A stretch of 32,000 nt of DNA from Candidatus Harpocratesius repetitus (GTDB lineage: Archaea; Asgardarchaeota; Lokiarchaeia; Sigyniarchaeales; Promethearchaeaceae), in assembly GCA_021498095.1 (NCBI GenBank), contig JAIZWK010000001.1:3510001-3542000 (forward strand). Reading direction: 5' to 3'. This document shows positions 27,182 to 32,000 of the stretch, in pieces. The notes under the pieces are model-generated. The model ran no database searches. It had not been told where the DNA came from and saw nothing but the letters and a program-made list of their open reading frames with translations. Numbering within the stretch: position 1 is the stretch's first letter; every line of letters begins with the position of its first letter. The translations under genes were made by a program, and so were the position numbers.

Positions 27182-27757
27182 ATGAGTTCCTTAATAACCC
27201 TTCGACTGCCGTTTTTTGATTTTGAGTGTCTAGAAAAAGCGATTGAGAAATCTGGACTTAAAATCATTCAAAAAACGAAAGATATCTTGCTTTCTAATGG
27301 AATTTTATTTCAAAATACTAATATTGGATATATTGCCCAAGTAAATAATGTTCAAAAAGAAATAATAAATGCAATTCAAACAGAATATGAAAAATTCTAT
27401 CAAGAAAAAGTTAAAGCTTTAAGAGAAGCACAGAGAAAACTAGAATATCTCGAAGATCAATTGAAGATGAAAATTAAAAAAATCAACAAGTTGAAACAAA
27501 ATTTTAGTGAGAAGAATCAAGAGAAAATTCAAAAAACAGTGTTAGAAATTGAATCGCTCCAATCTATTAAACAAATTCAAGAAGAAATAAAACGTAAGGA
27601 GCAAATGAAATTAAAGGAACTAGAAGAATCCAATAAAAAAAAGATAACACATATTGTCGAAAAAATCCAATCTCAAGCTCAGAAAAGAAAATATCGCGTT
27701 AAAATTTCTAAGATTGGAGACAAAACACAGTTAATATTGGTAAAACAGAGGTATTGA
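27182..27757 (+). CDS. DUF1257 (Ycf35)-like protein with inserted coiled coil
   Basis: N-terminal MSSLITL...DFECLEKAIEKSG and C-terminal IQSQAQKRKYRVK...TQLILVKQRY pattern; context with DUF2997 and AAA. Confidence 0.6.
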   Translation: MSSLITLRLPFFDFECLEKAIEKSGLKIIQKTKDILLSNGILFQNTNIGYIAQVNNVQKEIINAIQTEYEKFYQEKVKALREAQRKLEYLEDQLKMKIKKINKLKQNFSEKNQEKIQKTVLEIESLQSIKQIQEEIKRKEQMKLKELEESNKKKITHIVEKIQSQAQKRKYRVKISKIGDKTQLILVKQRY

Positions 27758-27813
27758 AATAAAAAGAAAGAAGATATAATGGATCTCTTCCATTGTTTTT
27801 TTCCTTTTTCAAT
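27753..27813 (+). terminator. Imperfect hairpin with U-tracts closing the helicase-AAA operon
   Basis: ATAATGGA/TCCATTGT (27776-27796) and ATTGAAA/TTTCAAT (27753-27813) arms; low-complexity middle. Confidence 0.3.
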
Positions 27814-27957
27814 AAAAAAATCCTAATGAAACAATTCAGAACTAAGCATTTGTGCCAAAATTTTATTACTAAGCGGAGTTTTCGTTTCTCTGTAGAATCA
27901 AATCTGTTTTATTGAGAATTTCAATGAAGACAGTTCAGACTCGTTTGTTGTGATATT

Positions 27958-29427
27958 ATGCAGAATTCCATTCTTGAACAATTACCATCCATTTTGGAAG
28001 ATTTAAAGCCTGTTGCGCGCAAAGCAGGTCAGAAAATTTTAAAATACTACGGGGACAACATAATAGTTTCGTTAAAATCAGACCAATCCCCACTAACTCA
28101 AGCAGATACTGCAGCTAATACCATTATTGTTTCCTTTTTACGTTCTCGTTTTCCAGATCATGCCATTCTTTCAGAGGAATCAAAAGATGATAAATCTCGG
28201 CTTGAAAACGACTTTTGTTGGATTGTAGATCCATTAGATGGCACAAAGGAATTTATCAAACGAAATGATGAATTTACGGTAAATATTGCTCTCGCATACA
28301 AACATCGAGTTATCTTAGGTATTATATATGCCCCAGTTTTAGAAGAGTTATATTATGCTGCCGAAGGAATTGGCACATTTTTGGAAATTGCAGATAAACC
28401 TCCAATTAAGCTGCATGTAAATAGTAAAACAACAGATCTGACCGTCGTGTCGAGTCGATCGCATAAATCGGAGAAATTAGTATCATTATTATCTCAACAT
28501 CGAGATAAAATCAAATCAGAGGTATCGAAAGGAAGTTCTCTTAAAGGTTGTTTAGTAGCAAGAGGAGACGCTGAAATTTATTATCGTTTTGGCTATACAA
28601 TGGAATGGGATACGGCAGCAATGCAATGCATTGTGGAACAGGCAGGAGGAATTTTCCGACAAATGGATGATTCAGAGATGCTCTATAACCGAGTTAATTC
28701 ATTGAATGAAAAAGGATTTTACATTTTAAATTCAATTCAAAATGCATTACACCAAGATCAAATAAAAAATCCACAAGAACAAGCGAAAAAATCACAAAAT
28801 CAAGTGGAGAATTTACAAAACCAAACGAATAATTCAAGAAATATAAAATGGCATGAAGGAAAAGTCAATCGTTCTGATCGATTATCACTTTTGGGTCAAA
28901 AAAATTTTGTTTTATGGTTTACGGGACTTTCTGGTTCAGGAAAATCAACAATTGCTGTTGCTTTAGAGCGGGAATTATTCAAACAAGGAAAATTGGCATA
29001 TCGTTTAGACGGGGATAATATTCGCCATGGATTAAATGCAGATTTAGGATTCACTCCAAAAGAGCGAAATGAGAACCTACGCCGAATAATAGAAGTATCA
29101 AAACTTTTTTATGATGCAGGAGTAATTGTTTTGGTATCTTTTATAAGTCCCTATCGTAAAATTCGGGCAGCTGCGCGCTCTGCTATCGGAAACTCCGATT
29201 TTTATGAAATATATGTAAAAGCAAGTGTTAAAACGTGTCAGCAGCGAGATCCTAAAGGCTTATATAAAAAAGCAATTGCAGGAGAAATCTCTGATTTTAC
29301 AGGTGTTTCAGCATCTGCTCCCTATGAAGAACCACTCAATCCTGAAATAACTATTGATACCGAAGAAGTTGGAGTAGATCAAGCAGTATCTATGATTCTT
29401 GAACGACTCCAAGCTGATGGAAAATAA
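27958..29427 (+). CDS. cysQ-cysC: CysQ 3'(2'),5'-bisphosphate nucleotidase fused to CysC adenylyl-sulfate kinase
   Basis: ILSEE, WIVDPLDGTKEF, WDTAA (IMPase/CysQ); Q/N-rich linker; WFTGLSGSGKST, LDGDNIRHGL, DPKGLYKKA (APS kinase). Confidence 0.93.
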   Translation: MQNSILEQLPSILEDLKPVARKAGQKILKYYGDNIIVSLKSDQSPLTQADTAANTIIVSFLRSRFPDHAILSEESKDDKSRLENDFCWIVDPLDGTKEFIKRNDEFTVNIALAYKHRVILGIIYAPVLEELYYAAEGIGTFLEIADKPPIKLHVNSKTTDLTVVSSRSHKSEKLVSLLSQHRDKIKSEVSKGSSLKGCLVARGDAEIYYRFGYTMEWDTAAMQCIVEQAGGIFRQMDDSEMLYNRVNSLNEKGFYILNSIQNALHQDQIKNPQEQAKKSQNQVENLQNQTNNSRNIKWHEGKVNRSDRLSLLGQKNFVLWFTGLSGSGKSTIAVALERELFKQGKLAYRLDGDNIRHGLNADLGFTPKERNENLRRIIEVSKLFYDAGVIVLVSFISPYRKIRAAARSAIGNSDFYEIYVKASVKTCQQRDPKGLYKKAIAGEISDFTGVSASAPYEEPLNPEITIDTEEVGVDQAVSMILERLQADGK

Positions 29428-29479
29428 GTTTTGGTAAGTTTTTGTTTTGAATTTTTATTTTAAATAATATTTTATACAT

Positions 29480-29908
29480 TTATTTTGAATACTTATAATA
29501 TTGAATTTTTGATTTAGGAAATTTCTCTTTAATACCTTCAACCATTGATTTATCCGTTGTATGAATTGAAGCACCAATTTCTTTTCCATAAATATATAAA
29601 AGAGCATCTACTGTCGATAGTTGAGGAATTTGATGCATCAATATCCCGGCGGAGATAAAATAACTTAGCTCAGTAATTGCATAAACTTCTATATTATAAC
29701 TTTTAAGTAGAGAAAAGATTATCTCTTGAATATCTAACTTCTTTTTTGATTTGATTAGCCATCTTGATACTTCTAAAATTATTGGTTGAATTGTTGCGGT
29801 TTTATATCTTTGATCTTGAATATTCTTTATTAAGGTTTTTAATTTTTGAGGGGGATTTTTTGTTAGTAGATTTAAGATTATCCCAGTATCAATTAAGATT
29901 TCACTCAT
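29480..29908 (-). CDS. vapC: PIN-domain VapC toxin
   Basis: ILIDTGII, ILEV, STVDALL, IHTTD; ATG at 29908 with GGAG upstream preferred over GTG at 29929. Confidence 0.88.
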   Translation of the reverse strand: MSEILIDTGIILNLLTKNPPQKLKTLIKNIQDQRYKTATIQPIILEVSRWLIKSKKKLDIQEIIFSLLKSYNIEVYAITELSYFISAGILMHQIPQLSTVDALLYIYGKEIGASIHTTDKSMVEGIKEKFPKSKIQYYKYSK

Positions 29909-29955
29909 ATATCTGTCTCCAAACACCACGAATTAAAAAAATAATTAATATATTC

Positions 29956-30213
29956 TTAAAAAGAAATCCTATTTTCATTTTCTATGTCTTTTTCTTTTTG
30001 GGTTTTTCTTTGATTCAGTAGTGCAACCATTTCCTCATAATCAAAAATTTTATTTTTCTCTTTTGTAAAATCGATAATTGGTTTTAAAATAATATAGCCA
30101 TCTTTTTCACTCACAATTATTTTGCTGCCATCATTAATTTTCAATTTCTTCCTAATTTTTGCAGGGATTGTTAGCATTCCTCTATTAGTAACTGTTACTA
30201 CATTTCGAATCAT
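29956..30213 (-). CDS. vapB: AbrB/MazE/SpoVT-type antitoxin
   Basis: VTVTNRGMLTIPAKIRKKLKINDGSKI signature; upstream of the PIN gene. Confidence 0.9.
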   Translation of the reverse strand: MIRNVVTVTNRGMLTIPAKIRKKLKINDGSKIIVSEKDGYIILKPIIDFTKEKNKIFDYEEMVALLNQRKTQKEKDIENENRISF

Positions 30214-30509
30214 ACTAAGTAAAATTAGAAATTGTCAGCATTTATAATTTTGCAGAGTATTTTTATATTTTCTTGTAATCTTAAAAAAAAAAAACATCAA
30301 GCATTTTGTACTATGTGTGTGGATTACTTGAATCGATGATCTATTGCTTCCACAATCCCATACAGCTTACTAACTAAAGGAACATGTCTTGCACAGTCCA
30401 CGACTTTTAGTACCGTATATGGATTCTATTTAGCAAGAGATTTGCGATTCTCAACTATGTTCGGAGTATCTCACATTTCATAAATTATCAGAGTGGGTAG
30501 CTGGTGTGA

Positions 30510-31011
30510 TCATGTTATATGTTGCAGTTCTTTTTTCCATATTTTTATTTCTCGCTTTTGGTATAATCCATTCTTTTCCCAAAATCTGAGCAATTGAGCC
30601 CCTGTATTTTTTCGTATAAAGCCGGATTGTATTAACCAAATACAGAATGAAGGTAAGCGAAAGCCAACTAACCCCCAACTTTTTATTTCCATTAATAATT
30701 CTCCATCATCAGATAATAATATTGCACCATCTCTTTTTGCACAAAAAGCCAAAGTTTGTTCTGGAAGATCAAATTCGTTGATAAATGGGAATTGTTTCTG
30801 AAAGGATATAATTTCTTTCTGTGATAAGGGAATACGAAATCCATCTTCAATCGGGATAAATTTTTGAAGGTGATAGTTGTGATATTCTTCAACAATTTGC
30901 TCTGTATACCCCCAACGAAAGTGTATAAGCACATCTCGTAAATCAATCTTAATTTCAAAAAAAAAGGTGTTGGATATACAGCCAAAGGCATGTATCAATA
31001 AGAAAAAGCAT
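30510..31011 (-). pseudogene. PIN toxin (paralogue of 5768-6271) broken by a +1 frameshift in a T9 run
   Basis: ATG 31011 gives MLFLIDTCLWLYIQHLFF* at T9 (30957-30965); T8 gives ...LFFEIKIDLR, with the same 13-residue DTC-to-IDLR spacing as the paralogue. Confidence 0.8.
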
Positions 31012-31039
31012 GAGAAATGAGAAAAAGCATGAGAAATGA
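31002..31039. repeat. Exact 19-bp tandem duplication spanning the PIN start codon
   Basis: GAAAAAGCATGAGAAATGA at 31002-31020 and 31021-31039. Confidence 0.95.
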
Positions 31040-31052
31040 TTCCTTTCTAATA

Positions 31053-31409
31053 TTATAATATCGGTTTTTTTATTTCTTCAGCATTATTTTTCAAGAATTC
31101 AGTAATATCCAGCTTAGAGAGAGCGTTCATTTCACTTTCAATTAATTCTTCAGGTAATTTTTCAGTCACTTTTCGTTTTAGACCTTCACACATAAATTCA
31201 TAATATGTTAAACCAGACATTTTAAAGGCATTTTTTTTGCTTATTTTGCCTTCTTGCATGAGATCGAAAGCAATATCAACCCGAAGCTGTTCTAATTCCT
31301 TCAATACGAAGCGCTTTGATAATTCTGCTAACGAAATATTCTTAATCATTGCAATCTTATCTAAAATTTTCTTTTCGTTTTCACCTATACGAAAGTTAAT
31401 TTGATACAT
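31053..31409 (-). CDS. Antitoxin: RHH + UPF0175-like HTH (paralogue of 6335-6661)
   Basis: MYQINFRI...SLAELSKR...EGKISKKNAFKMSGLTYYEF. Confidence 0.8.
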   Translation of the reverse strand: MYQINFRIGENEKKILDKIAMIKNISLAELSKRFVLKELEQLRVDIAFDLMQEGKISKKNAFKMSGLTYYEFMCEGLKRKVTEKLPEELIESEMNALSKLDITEFLKNNAEEIKKPIL

Positions 31410-31413
31410 ATTC

Positions 31414-31430
31414 TAGATATATAAAATCTA
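31414..31430. promoter_or_regulatory. 17-bp palindromic operator-like site upstream of the second RHH antitoxin
   Basis: TAGAT-ATATAAA-ATCTA, 4 nt upstream of the start codon. Confidence 0.4.
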
Positions 31431-31517
31431 TACACTAAATTATAAAATTTTCTTATTTTTGCTATAAAATGCTATAATCAAAAAAATTTTATAGAATTCA
31501 ATGAAATTCAATAGAAA

Positions 31518-32000
31518 TCATAATTCTTTGTCAATTAAAAACTCCTTATAACATGAAAAAACCGTTTTACCGAATTTTGTAATAGTAATTGTGGAAATGG
31601 AAGAATATTTTTCTTTATCTGGATCATTAAGCATACATTTCAACAATCCCATCCGTTCCAATGAAGGTAAAATCTTTTCTGGAACCACTCCCCAATTATA
31701 AATTGAACTGCAAACGAACTCAATAAAATCGCTCTGATCGGGAGAATATTGTGAGATATATGAAGTATAATCATATGAATAATCAACAGTTGCATCGGCA
31801 AATGCAGTTTGCAAGATTCTCCTTCCCTCTTGAGCCCATTCCGGGCGCCCTCCTGCATAAGGTGACAATAAATTCGCCCAAGGAATAACTTCCCACAGGC
31901 AAAACAGACAGATTATTATCTGATATTGTGGGGAAAGTGCCAAATATTGTTCAATCCTTTCCGTGGTTTGCAGAGAAAAACTTTCATCAATTTTGATACA
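31518..32000 (-). CDS. Hypothetical protein, 5' end beyond the window edge
   Basis: Frame stays open from 31943 to 32000 (CIKIDESFSLQTTERIEQYL...); C-terminus ILPSLERMGLL...ITKFGK is winged-helix-like. Confidence 0.7.
   Translation of the reverse strand, partial: CIKIDESFSLQTTERIEQYLALSPQYQIIICLFCLWEVIPWANLLSPYAGGRPEWAQEGRRILQTAFADATVDYSYDYTSYISQYSPDQSDFIEFVCSSIYNWGVVPEKILPSLERMGLLKCMLNDPDKEKYSSISTITITKFGKTVFSCYKEFLIDKEL

Noticed and set aside
30214-30480. Stop-interrupted peptide-like frames between vapB and the broken PIN (e.g. NPYTVLKVVDCARHVPLVSKLYGIVEAIDHRFK)
   Set aside because: No start codon or recognisable family; too short to support
1-32000. CRISPR array, tRNA or rRNA genes
   Set aside because: No regularly spaced direct repeats and no GC-rich cloverleaf or rRNA-like stretch seen by eye

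Overview
AT-rich archaeal window, almost certainly from an Asgard archaeon (Lokiarchaeia/Promethearchaeota). It carries a Rab-like GTPase, a uDENN/longin-like protein, a gelsolin-like protein and an archaeal-type CDP-alcohol phosphatidyltransferase. The centre is an RNA-silencing-like locus: an RNase III gene (rnc, 13829-14632) followed by an 817-aa eukaryote/PIWI-like Argonaute with an intact D585-E623-D655-H792 tetrad. From memory, the length and numbering match HrAgo1 of 'Ca. Harpocratesius repetitus'; this needs confirming by BLAST. The most novel signal read directly from the DNA is non-coding. A 21-bp hairpin precedes rnc (13699-13756), and a ~250-nt branched, G·U-rich fold fills the rnc-ago spacer (14690-14939). 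Both share the same AAY-C-GGAAA / UUUCC-A-RUU helix with a C·A mismatch and a compensatory base pair, as expected for RNase III substrates or guide precursors. Downstream is a tightly coupled 7-gene module: Upf1/MOV10-like SF1 helicase, unknown protein, degenerate double-PLD coiled-coil protein, NrdG-like radical SAM with no canonical start codon, Ycf46-like AAA+, DUF2997 and DUF1257-like. A CysQ-CysC fusion follows. The flanks hold many RNase-toxin TA modules (4 PIN, 2 HEPN), pseudogenes, homopolymer frameshifts and a transposase remnant. No rRNA, tRNA or CRISPR array was seen. All family calls are by motif recognition; no searches were run.
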